From the NCBI GenBank assembly GCA_964016885.1, contig OZ024755.1, positions 11,284,001-11,348,000 of the forward strand: a stretch of 64,000 nt of DNA, written 5' to 3'. This stretch comes from Eledone cirrhosa. Lineage: Eukaryota. A program made the position numbers and the translations under genes. Numbering within the stretch: position 1 is the first letter of the stretch; the number at the start of each line of letters is the position of its first letter. Below the pieces are notes generated by a model, which was not told the origin of the DNA, searched no databases, and worked only from the letters and a program-made list of their open reading frames with translations. Positions 42,368-53,870 of this stretch are shown here, in pieces.

Positions 42368-43805
42368 AACAACAACAACATCGCCACCACCACTACCAAC
42401 AATAACATCAGCACCACCAACAACAACATCACCACCACTACCAACAATAACATCAGCACCACCAACAACAACAATAACATCAGCACCACCACCACCACCA
42501 CCAACAACAACACCAACACCAACACCAGCACCACCACCAACACCAACAACACCATCAGCACCACCACCACCAACACCAACACCAACATCAGCATCACCAC
42601 CACCACCAACAACAGCACCCCCATCATCAGCACCACCAACAACAACAACAACATCAGCACCACCAACACCACCACCACCAACAACAACAACAACACCAAC
42701 AGCACCACCAACAACAACAACAACAAAACAAAAGGGAGAAAAACGAAAAAGTCTTCCGGAAAAAACAAACACTTTAATTAATCTAGGATGGTGACACAGA
42801 GACATTTCATTAACAGCCCTGAGTCCCTTTCTCCCCCCCCCCCCCCCCCAGTACTGTCCCCTGTACCAATCAAGAATGTTAGGGTTCTTCTGATAGACTT
42901 CATACAACAGTTTATATAAAAAAGAAAGATATATGAAGGTTGCTTTATATGCTGACATTTCATTTGAAATTTCATACATTTTAGTTGTGAATGATTGTGA
43001 TGTTTGTGGTGGTGGTGGTGGTGGTGGTGGATTGTTGTAGTGGTGGGGGGTGGAGAGGGGGTGGACGTGATGGAGGTGGTGGTGGGTGTTGTGATGGAGG
43101 CGGTGGTGGTGGTGGGTGGTTGTGGTGGTGGTGGGTGGCTGTGATGGAGGTGGTGGTGGGTGGTTGTGATGGAGGTGGTGGTGGGTGGCTGGGTGGTGGG
43201 TGGCTGTGATGGAGGTGGTGGTGGGTGGTTGTGATAGAGGTGGTGGTGGTGGTTGTGGTTGTGATGGAGGTGGTGGTTGTGGTGGTGGTGGTAATGATGG
43301 TAGTGCGGGTGTGGGAAATGGTTATGATGATGATGATGACGACGACGATGATGGTGGTGGTGGTTATAGTAATAGTGTTGATGGTGATGCTGATGATCGT
43401 GGAAGTAGGGATGATCGGGGGGGATGGTGGTGGTTATAATAGTGATGAGGGTGATGATCGGGGGGGGGGGATGGTGGTGGTGGTTAAAATAGTGATGAGG
43501 GTGATGATGGTGGTGATTATAGTAATAGTGTTGATGATGGTGATGGTGATGATGATGATGGTGGTGGGGGGTAAGGATGATGGTGGTGGTTATAGTAATA
43601 GTGTTGATGATGATGATGATGATGATCACGGGGGGTAGGGATGATGGTGATGATGATGGTGATCTTGGGAATAGGGATGATGGTGTGATGATAATGATCA
43701 TGCTGCTGCTGATGATGAGGGTGTGGTGATGATGTTCATGATGATGACATCATGAACATCATCATGAATATCAATATCATCGTCATCATCATCATCATCA
43801 TCAGA
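42368..43805. repeat. (CCA/CAA)n tract followed by (GGT/GAT)n low-complexity tract
   Basis: C-rich triplets at 42368-42725 and G-rich triplets at 42990-43745; source of the poly-G/V/H/T pseudo-ORFs. Confidence 0.9.
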
Positions 43806-44041
43806 AGCTTCCTTGAATAATTATGATTGTAAAACAAAATGTCTTGTGGTATTTAGTTACGACCCTATGCTCTAGGTTCAAATCCCATCGAGGTCATCAT
43901 TTTCTTTCATCCTTTAGGAATCAGTCGATAACAAAAGTACGAATGAAAACTTCAAAGGAAACAATAGCTATTAATATACATTACACTGCATATGTTCTCT
44001 TATAGTACATGGTTAATGTGTTTATAACACGTACTGATCAA

Positions 44042-44096
<55 letters not shown>

Positions 44097-44193
44097 CACA
44101 CACATATATATACACGCACATATACACATACACGCACACACATATATATACACGCACATATACATATATATACATACACGCACACATATATAT

Positions 44194-44228
<35 letters not shown>

Positions 44229-44319
44229 TTTATTAGAATGGTGTTGAAGTGTGTATACATTTTGGGGAACACTGTGTGTATATATATATATATATATATT
44301 TATTAAAATAACAGATTAA

Positions 44320-44370
44320 AGTTTAAGCAAAGAATCGCTGCTTTCACCCTTAACGGGATCTTCTGAAACT
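44320..44370 (-). ncRNA. Hammerhead-like motif, U4A core variant (family C)
   Basis: Minus strand: AGTTT CAGAAGA t-CCC gttaa GGG-t GAAA GC agcgattcttt GC TT AAACT. All stems pair; core CAGAAGA. Confidence 0.6.
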
Positions 44371-44386
44371 AACTAAAGTCTCTCTC

Positions 44387-44497
<111 letters not shown>

Positions 44498-44559
44498 GGA
44501 GAGAGAGAGACTTTATGTTAATGCATCCTCTTGTCTGTTCGTTTTTTTGTTTCCTTGAT

Positions 44560-44605
<46 letters not shown>

Positions 44606-44866
44606 GATGATGATGATGATATTATGAGTATGTGTGTCAAAATGGCTAACTGAACACACGAGTGTTTTCTCTCAAAAATAATTTTTGTTACGCTTCTTCC
44701 TCTTCTCAATCTCATGTTTTTATTTCTTCTTTTATTTCTCATTCTATCTTCCGACGAAGGACTAACGCCCGAATTGTTGAGACAATTTTCCTACTATGTA
44801 ACATTAAACTAATAGATAACTCCATTGGACTATTGTTTCGTTGTGTTATTTACCAGTTTACATATA

Positions 44867-44907
<41 letters not shown>

Positions 44908-44909
<2 letters not shown>

Positions 44910-45098
44910 AACAAGTAAGACCCCGACGGCTGAGCTCAAGCCGTTTCGACGGCTAATTCTGTACAGAATTAGCCGTCGAGACGGCTTGAGCTCAGCCGTC
45001 GGGGTCTTACTTGTTCCTATTACCCACTCTACTACCCTAAGTATTGAGTACTTTGGTGCGTTATGGTCCACCTGGTTCCTTACCACATTTCCTTCGTT
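44908..45098 (+). mobile_element. Family A palindromic mini-element in (TA)n (second copy)
   Basis: Same architecture and the same arm and tail endpoints as 3121-3312; palindrome centred on tct-gtac-aga. Confidence 0.75.
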
Positions 45099-45117
45099 AT
45101 ATATATATATATATATA

Positions 45118-45384
45118 TGAAGGAAAAGCAAAGGAAAAAAAGAGTGCTCTATGTATAGAACAGAGCTATTTAATTAGAAAGTAAACAACACAAAATACAA
45201 CTACTCTATTACCAAAGGTTTCTGGATCCCAGGCAATATTAATATGTCTGGATCGGTCATCAGACAGAGGTGTTATGGATAAAAAATATGAAATGAGATT
45301 TTAAATCCAGACGTATTAATATTGCCTGGGAGCCAGAAACCTTTGGTAATGGAGTAGTTATATTTTGTGTTGTTCATTTTCTAA

Positions 45385-45387
<3 letters not shown>
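45118..45387 (-). mobile_element. Family B fold-back mini-element with hammerhead in (TA)n
   Basis: Inverted arms about 45171-45253 and 45305-45387. The tail (aaagagtgctctatgta...cagagct) is shared with copies at about 16142-16233, 16560-16670 and 52925-53136. Confidence 0.7.
45204..45269 (-). ncRNA. Type I hammerhead ribozyme (canonical core)
   Basis: Minus strand: CTCTGT CTGATGA cc-GATCCAG...CTGGGATC-ca GAAA CC ttt GG TA ATAGAG. Stem I ctctgt/atagag, GUA triplet. Same element family as 53022-53080 (shared tail). Confidence 0.75.
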
Positions 45388-45417
<30 letters not shown>

Positions 45418-46790
45418 AGAAAGCCTTTTCCCGCGTCCCCTTTGATCATGAGCGACCATATTTGCCTTAACAAGATACAAGTCTTGGCAGGGTATTTTTC
45501 TAGAAGGTCAGTATCTATACATGCATGTCAGTCTCTCCATTCTATGCCACTGATGTTGTCCAAGGGAAAGTTGTAGGCTCACACAGCTTGTCGTTGTTTT
45601 CTTTTTTTCTAGCTGAGTGAACTGGAGTAACGTGAAATATAGTGTCATGCACAAGGACGCAAGGCACTGCCAAATCCAGGTATCAAATTCATGACCCTCA
45701 CGATTCTGAACCCTGCACCCGAACAATTAAGCCACATGCATTCACTTATATTTAATGGATATAAGTGCTGCGTGTTGCTAGCAATTATTTTTTCTGCCAT
45801 TCCACGAAAAAGAGCACAAGAGTACACAATAAGGAACTCACCCTCTAATACTATATACCATACCCCTGATAAAGTATAGCCCTTTTTATGATATATAGGC
45901 TTTATCTCATTTTCTTCTTACCCATAACGAAACCCTTTTTTTTTTCTCCTTTACAAATCTTTTTCTTCTTAAACCTCTCACTGTCAACACTTAGAATTTT
46001 CAGCTTCAGGTTACCTTCTATTTACCATTTCAAGTTGGTAATGTTCCCCCGTTCCCCAACTACCCCGTTCAGCTGTCATTGCTTGTTAGTAAGTAACCCT
46101 ATATGTGGATGGGTTTACACCCACAAAGGAATGAAACAGAAACCCCACCCTTAATTTTTGGGGTGGTGATGATATTGAGATTTATTCCTTCACCCCTTTG
46201 AAATTGTTAGTTTTTTTTTAGTATTTTATTTACTATTGTTATTTTTATTACTGGTTTTAATTTATTTTATTTTATTTTTATTATTTTTTGGTGGGGTGTG
46301 AAGGGGGGCTTTATTCTCAAGATTTGATTTCATCACTAGGGAGCACTTTATATTTCAACGTTCTGTCTGCATCACCTCATATTTGTTAAGTACAAGCCAG
46401 ATGAAAGCAGAGAGGTGAAAGTAAACAGATAGATAGCCATGAATTAGTAATGGAGTAGGGAAGGTGTATGTCTTAATGGTTAGGGTGTTCAACTCATGAG
46501 TGTAATATGGTGAGTTTGATTCGCAGTGACCCGTTCTGTACTTCAGCAAGACACTTTATATCACATGGCATTAAACTACTCAGTTGGCAAGCAAAAAAAA
46601 AAGAAAATGTACCTGTAATTCAAACGAGTCAGCCTTGTCATATAATGTGTCATTCTGAATTTATACGAAAATTACGTTAATGATATACGTGTCTGTGGAA
46701 TGATGGGGCACTTGTACGTTAATTTCATAAGCAGGCTATTCCATTGTCTAACAATTAAGACACTCGTGGGCTCTAAATGATCAGACATCA

Positions 46791-47118
46791 GCTCAGCATC
46801 TATAGCTTGCTGGAGGCCTCACACTTTTCCCCAAACATCTCAGGATGTATCGCTGGCTGGAAGCCTCACAATTTTTCCCAAACATCTCAGCTTGTATCGC
46901 TTGCTGGAGGCCTCACAATTTCCCCCAAACATCTCAGCATGTATCGCTTGTTTGAGGCCTCACACTTTTCCCCAAACATCTCAGCATGTATCGCTTGCTG
47001 GAGGCCTCACACTTTCCCCAAACATCTCAGCATGTATCGCTTGCTGGAGGCCTCACACTTTTCCCCAAACATCTCAGCATGTATCGCTTGCTGGAGGCCT
47101 CAGACTTTTTACCAAACA
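46791..47118. repeat. 47-bp minisatellite, about 7 copies
   Basis: Unit ctcagcatgtatcgcttgctggaggcctcacacttttccccaaacat. Confidence 0.93.
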
Positions 47119-48281
47119 TTTCCCAAATGTCCAGACATCGCACAAAATTTACAAAACCCAGAAATTTCACAAATCCATCAAACTTATTTGTCAACCTCGA
47201 AAGGATAAAAGACAAAGTTAACCTCGGCGGGATATGAACTCAGAACGCTGAGAGCGGGAACAAAATACCACCAGGAATCATTCTACCCGACGTTCTAAAT
47301 AGATATACTGAAAGAAATACTATATAGTTATAAAAATAAATATACTAAATACATACATAGATCTACATGTATGTATATACATAGATGTACATGTATGTAT
47401 ATACAGTTAGGCTAAGTGTGGCGTTGTGGTGGTGGGGAAAATAGTAAAGGTGGCTATGATGAATGGCTCAAGACATCCTGTGTTAACTGTGGCATTTATA
47501 CGGAATTACATCCAATTTTATGGGAAATACTTTTACGCTACTCCAAGAAGGTCAAACGAAGAATGAGGTAAATGTTAGCAGTGCTGCAATAGAGATGAGC
47601 TTTAGAGATTGCGGAATGTATGATAAAATAAAATAAAAAAAAAAAATAATACTTTACAAAGTTCATTGAAAGCAGAATTTATCAAAGGAGTGAAAAGCTT
47701 CGGTTGCGGCGGTTTAATATATATATATGTGTGCGTATGTATGTACATATACATAAATACATAAATACATACATGTACTGTATATAAACATAGATATATA
47801 TATATACCTGTATACACATACATACAGCCCCCCCCCCCTCCCACCAGATTCCCGCCATTTTACACACACACACATGATTTCAAACATAAAGGGAGATGTG
47901 AATGTGAAAACAGTGCCAAATTAAATACCTAACATTATTTTAGTATTTTTCTTCTTGGTCTTGCAAAGAGGAAAATAAAACAGAAACCAGAAATGCCCCT
48001 AAAGACGGCCAGCATCGACAGGCACTTCGTTCAAATGGTAACTGAAAAATAATATCCAACAAAAACAGCACCGGCAAAAGCAAATGCGTTTGTAGCTACT
48101 ATGATGACAAGTCACATCAACAATAAGTACAGACCACATAAACACCCATTACAACAATAAACAATAAATTTTGTCTAAGTTAGAAGGTCAACAGGAACTA
48201 AAAGGCTAAACCGAACCACGTTACAAAACTATAAAAAAAACAAAAAAACTAACAATAATATTTTGCTTACGATGAGAAAGA

Positions 48282-48336
<55 letters not shown>

Positions 48337-49111
48337 AGTATGTAAATAAACCCTTCCAAATTCTTGCCTCCCCCCTTTTTTTTTCGAAGTGATTTGAAAA
48401 TTCTAGTCAGTGTTTTTCATTAGAAATATTGTAACACAAGTGTTAAGGCGCAGGATTGGTAGACTGTCTAGATCGTCGGATAGAATGTTTTGCAGTATCT
48501 GTTCTGGGTCTGTGCACTAAGAGTCCAAATTCCTCCCTCTGTCACAGGGCGTTAAAAGTTTTACGGGTGTTTTAAAAAGAAAAAATCAACTCCATATGTT
48601 CAAAACAGCGTTACTTGGAACCGCATAATTTGGGTGTCAATTTTACATATATATGTACAGAAAAAGGAGGAAAATTACTGAACATTTCTGTAGTAGAGTT
48701 AATTTATTCAAAGTGTACAAAGTCACCGCGCCAGAGCATGTGTGTGAGAGCCGGTGGATGAGCTCAATTGTAATAGGTTCGGACATTAATTCCTGCACTT
48801 TGGATTCTGAGTTAAAATCTCGGAAGAATCAAATTGATCATTCAATCCAACAATCTTCAAACATAAAAATACCAATAAAATAATTGTTTCTACTTTTGGC
48901 ACAAGGCCAGCAATTATCCCAGTACATTACTGGTACTTTATTTCATCGACCCCGTAAGGATGAAAGGTAAAGTTAACCTCGACGGGATCATCACATCGAT
49001 CGTGCCTCGAGCTGGTCCCCAGAGAAACGATTGTAATATGTCCAATAAATTCCATTCGTCGCAACACTGATTCTCTTTTTTCTGTGATATATATATATAT
49101 ATATATATATA

Positions 49112-49370
49112 GGGCGGGTACAATTCACGAGATCCATGCACGAGTTCTCTCCAGCGGTCTCTGTCCCTCATTATCGCTGCCATGTCCTGCGTCTCCAACA
49201 CAGACCAGTGTCTGTCCTTAGGGCATCAACATACGTTAACCTTGGTCTTCCTCTTCCAGTGCGTCCATGCAGAGGCTCCCACAGAAGCACTGAGTGGAGT
49301 GTCAACTCTGGATATCGGTGAGCATGTCCAGCTAACCGCAGTCTCCTCTGTGTTACACTTGAGCTGACAT
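49112..49370 (-). mobile_element. 3' fragment of an RTE-like LINE flanked by TA repeats
   Basis: RRLRLAGHAHRYPELTLHSVLLWEPLHGRTGRGRPRLTYVDALRTDTG, then a frameshift and ...MRDRDRWRELV. Confidence 0.78.
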
Positions 49371-49900
49371 ATATATACTGTCGCAGGCATGGCAGTATGG
49401 TTGCGGAGTTCGGGTTCAGTCACGCAGCGCTGCACCTTGGATAAGGAACATTTAAATGTAAATATGTGCGTGTGTGTGTCTATGTTTATGTGTGTGCCTG
49501 TCTCTGATTACGAGTCCCTTGATTGATTCTGCTATAAACATAAGTACCAGTGCAACATGATAATCTAAATCAAAGAGGTTCTCCAGCATGACCGCTGTGT
49601 AATGACTGAAACAAATAAAAGCCTGTACGTGTGTATATATGTATGTGTGTATATATATGTGTGTGTGTGACAACATTATATATGCCAATAAATAATCATA
49701 TATAACAGAATGTAAGTAGGTAAGCTCTGCCAGTTGTGTATATATCACCAAGTACGTGTGTGAGAGTGAGAAAGAGCTTACAGTAACAATTCTTCAAACG
49801 ACTAAGATTCACAAGGGATTTTAATATTACACGCCTGTCTGTAGCATTAACATATTTCTGTTTATATGAGTGTATGGAGTGTAAATGGTCGTGACATAGT

Positions 49901-49938
<38 letters not shown>

Positions 49939-50088
49939 GCATATGATAGACTCGCCGTTGTACGTATATCGACGTATGAAGGTTAACATACATATACATT
50001 GCACATATATATACATATATACACGCACACGCACACACACATATATATATATACATATATATACACATACACGCACACACATATATAT

Positions 50089-50120
<32 letters not shown>

Positions 50121-50134
50121 ATATATATACACAT

Positions 50135-50179
<45 letters not shown>

Positions 50180-50589
50180 CACATACACACATATATATAT
50201 ATATATATACACATACACGCACACACACATATATATATATATATGTATATACACACACGCATATCTATATATATTCACACATACACACACACACACACAC
50301 ACATACATACATGCATACATACAGACATACATGTCTAGGGTTCCTTTCAATGGCTGATAATACCTTACCGGCGCCACTCAAATAAGGTAATTATTTCACC
50401 CATAAATGGGGCCTAACAGGTACTATTACTCCGGGCCAGGACAGACCTGGGAGTTATGACAACTAAAGGGTAACTCCACATTCCCCACAGCTCCTGAACA
50501 CCCGAACTGGCGACTTGCCACTGGATGTAGTTTAATGTTATACCCAGGACAAACATACATACATACACGGTGGCTGCCAACTCGTTTTC

Positions 50590-50860
50590 GAGTACGGCCA
50601 CTACTTTATATCCCTGTAGGAGAACCCCTACCGATGCGCTGAACGAGTGTGACTTTTTAGTCCAGCCAGCGACTTGAAAACTCTGGTACAAACACTACAC
50701 TTGTGACAATTATTGACACAGTGCTGGGCCCATGGTACCATGTGACGACAAGTGCAGAGAGATCTCCAGATATAAAGCAATGCCTGTGCCGTGAAGCTTT
50801 TATAGTGAGCAAAGGCACTGCACAAAGCCAATCCCACTCTCTTAACCAAGATGATATTTA
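50590..50860 (-). mobile_element. 3' fragment of an RTE/BovB-like LINE with terminal C2H2 finger
   Basis: ...CSVCTRVFKSLAGLKSHTRSAHR*, a single CxxC...GL.SH.R.H finger typical of RTE ORF ends, bounded by (TATG)n. Confidence 0.6.
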
Positions 50861-51199
50861 CCACATACATACATACATATATAAATACATACATAATTTG
50901 TATGTGAGTGTGTGTACATGGCTGATATTTTGAATTACAAATAAACTCATATTTCCTAGTTGAGTAGATAAGAGTAAGGTAAAGTACATTACCCTGCTCA
51001 CAGACACAACGTGGTGACGGGAATCGAACTCATGACTTTACTATCGTGAGACTACGAACCTAACCACTTAATTACGTGCCTTCACCGACACGATTTCAAA
51101 GTATTTGATTCAACAGATGTATTATGCATTTAATCCTATCATTTCTCTTATGTACTTTTGTGAGATTCGTTTACATATGTAAGTTCTATGTATGTATAC

Positions 51200-51242
<43 letters not shown>

Positions 51243-51380
51243 GAGGTGTACATTCCTATGAAACTATGTCTGTGTATATATGTGTATGAGTGAGCCGTCC
51301 TTTCTAAGAATCTATATATATACAGTATATATAATTATGAAGTCCAGTTACTACAACGACGCCTACCTATTACTACTAAT

Positions 51381-51413
<33 letters not shown>

Positions 51414-51545
51414 CAAACACATGTATATACACACACACACACATATATATACACACACACATACACACACACACATATACACACACATATATACACACAC
51501 TCACACATCACATACATAGATATATATATATAAATGTATATATAT

Positions 51546-52040
51546 TCAGGTTTGTGGTTCACCACTGTATAGAGCTGGTCTATTCCGTATGGTCAATCGC
51601 AATGTAATAATATAGAGAGTACTCAACGTAAAGCAGTTCAACCGTCTTTGTTTTTGTAGTTGGTGGTGCTATTACGGAGTTAAATATTATAATGAAATGA
51701 CAGGAGGCTGGATTTGTGTAAATCCTTGAAAGGTTTATTATACTATGATCATTTCAATGACCGGGTTCCGTATGAATCCAGTGATATCATCAGGTATTAG
51801 AAATATAATACGTGAATGTAATAGATAAAATCCATGGGGCTGAAAATCGAGGACCCGAGGGCGACCGCTATCTTGCACCCTCTATCTTAGCCGGTCGCCC
51901 TCGAGTGACGTGGCTAAGGCTCACAGTGTGCTATGATATCACCGGATTCATACGGAACCCGGTCGTTGAAATGATCATAGTATAATAAACCTTTCAAGGA
52001 TTTACACAAATCCAGCCTCCTGTCATTTCATTATAATATA
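51546..52040 (-). mobile_element. Fold-back mini-element with hammerhead in (TA)n
   Basis: About 107-bp inverted arms (51684-51790 / 51933-52039), 140-bp spacer with a GC-rich hairpin, unpaired tail to about 51546, TA repeats on both sides. Confidence 0.72.
51740..51797 (-). ncRNA. Type I hammerhead ribozyme (canonical core)
   Basis: Minus strand: ATAC CTGATGA t-ATCACTGGATTC atacg GAACCCGGTCAT-t GAAA TGATCA TA GTAT. Stem I atac/gtat, imperfect stem II, palindromic stem III, AUA triplet. Confidence 0.78.
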
Positions 52041-52042
52041 TG

Positions 52043-52079
<37 letters not shown>

Positions 52080-52082
52080 GTA

Positions 52083-52367
52083 TTAGGGTAAACATTCAAT
52101 TCAAGCACTCAACGTACTTTTTCCACATAGGAGTGACGGAGTAAATATCGAATAAGGAAAAGCGAAGTAGTTTCAGATGTTCAAGTCCTTTAATAATAAT
52201 GCTGTGATATATATTTCATTGACGACACTGGCCACACTGTTCTGTGTGCGAGTGTCGTGACATCATCAGACAGCTTGTTACATAATAAGGTTGTTTCCGA
52301 GGCAATCCAAATTGAATCGACATGGGAACGGATGAAGTTCGTGCTTTTGGGTTTTTCATCCGTTCCT
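52083..52367 (-). mobile_element. Hammerhead-bearing mini-element with 5' snap-back hairpin in (TA)n
   Basis: Flanked by (TA)n. Hammerhead at 52201-52274; terminal 12-bp hairpin ggaacggatgaa (52325-52336) / ttcatccgttcc (52355-52366). Confidence 0.7.
52201..52274 (-). ncRNA. Type I hammerhead ribozyme (canonical core)
   Basis: Minus strand: GCTGT CTGATGA tgtc-ACGACACT-cg-CACAC agaaca GTGTG-gcc-AGTGTCGT-caat GAAA TATATA TC ACAGC. Perfect 5-bp stem I, long stem II, palindromic stem III, AUC cleavage triplet. Confidence 0.85.
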
Positions 52368-52924
52368 ATATATATATATATATATTATATATATATACAT
52401 GTGTATAAATATGTTTCTATAAATCAATGTAATCTATAACATGTGCGTTTCTGTGCATGTATGTATAAATACAGACACACTGTCTCTATTTGAAAGCCAA
52501 TTTATGAAAGGGGCTCGAAATTCTAATCTATGTTGCTATCCCAATCACTGGTGAAATGGTCATACAATTGACATCACTGCAAAAACAAAACAACTCCAGG
52601 TTCTTAGACTCCCAGACTTAATTGCTACATCTGCGCCATAATTAATTCTGCACACCTTTTCTATAAGCTAAGCTATGTATCAAGTACTTTTAATCATTTG
52701 GTACTAATAAAAACATGCTTTATGCACACACATTATATATATATATATATATATAATGTATATATATATATATATATATAGATATATATATATAATGTAT
52801 ATATATATATATAATGTATATATATGTATATATACATATATATATTATGTATATATATATATATATTATGTATATATATATATATATTATGTATATATAT
52901 ATATTATGTATATATATATGTATG

Positions 52925-53136
52925 AATGAAGTAATTCCGTCGGAAAAGTCCAGGAAAAAAGAGTGCTCTATGTAGGTAACAGAGCTTAATAGTTATGTAA
53001 TAAACAACATAAGGCAATTATTTCATTTACCAGTGGTTTCTTAAAAGCAGAAACATTTTGCTTTCAGTCATCAGAATGAAAATATCCTGGTGTATTTATT
53101 GACGTTGGATTTTAAAAACCAACGTCAATATATACA
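52925..53136 (-). mobile_element. Family B mini-element with hammerhead and 5' snap-back hairpin in (TA)n
   Basis: Tail shared with 45118-45170. Hammerhead at 53022-53080; terminal hairpin tgtatttattgacgttgg / ccaacgtcaatatataca. Confidence 0.7.
53022..53080 (-). ncRNA. Type I hammerhead ribozyme (canonical core)
   Basis: Minus strand: TTCATT CTGATGA c-TGAAAGC aaaatgtttct GCTTTTA-a GAAA CCA c TGG TA AATGAA. Perfect 6-bp stem I, GUA triplet. Confidence 0.85.
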
Positions 53137-53202
53137 TATATATATATGTGTATGTGTATATATATATATACACACATACATACATACATATATATGTGTA
53201 TA

Positions 53203-53265
<63 letters not shown>

Positions 53266-53283
53266 GGATATATATATATGTAT

Positions 53284-53314
<31 letters not shown>

Positions 53315-53441
53315 TGTATGTATGTATATATATATGTGTATATATATGTATTTATATATATATATATATATATGTGTGTATATATATATATGTATATATA
53401 TATATGTATATATATATATAGATGAGATTCTACAGGACTAG

Positions 53442-53503
<62 letters not shown>

Positions 53504-53554
53504 ATATATATATGTATGTGAGTCTGTGTAAATATATGTATTCATATATATATA

Positions 53555-53594
<40 letters not shown>

Positions 53595-53610
53595 CAAAAT
53601 AACAGATTAA

Positions 53611-53661
53611 AGTTTAAGCAAAGAATCGCTGCTTTCACCCTTATCGGGATCTTCTGAAACT
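53611..53661 (-). ncRNA. Hammerhead-like motif, U4A core variant (family C, second copy)
   Basis: Minus strand: AGTTT CAGAAGA t-CCC gataa GGG-t GAAA GC...GC TT AAACT. Flanking acagatt/aatctgt extend stem I. Near-identical to 44320-44370. Confidence 0.6.
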
Positions 53662-53761
53662 AAAAAAAATCAATCTGTGAACGCAGAAGTAAATATTTCA
53701 AAAAACGTTGCTCTACGCTTCTTATATTTGGATTTTAGTCTTCAAATTTATTATTATTAAA

Positions 53762-53819
<58 letters not shown>

Positions 53820-53832
53820 ATATATATATATT

Positions 53833-53870
<38 letters not shown>

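Noticed and set aside
42146-43701. Gly/Val-rich and His/Pro/Thr-rich ORFs of 200-300 aa
   Set aside because: Triplet low-complexity DNA that is open on both strands; no domain signature.
44745-44815. Degenerate hammerhead-like CCGACGA...GAAT in an island ending at (TA)n
   Set aside because: Both core boxes deviate and stem I is unconvincing; it may be a dead PLE end but cannot be supported.
50628-50700. C2H2 zinc-finger host gene (a family expanded in octopus)
   Set aside because: Single finger, no TGEKP linker, immediately followed by a stop; fits an RTE LINE C-terminus better.
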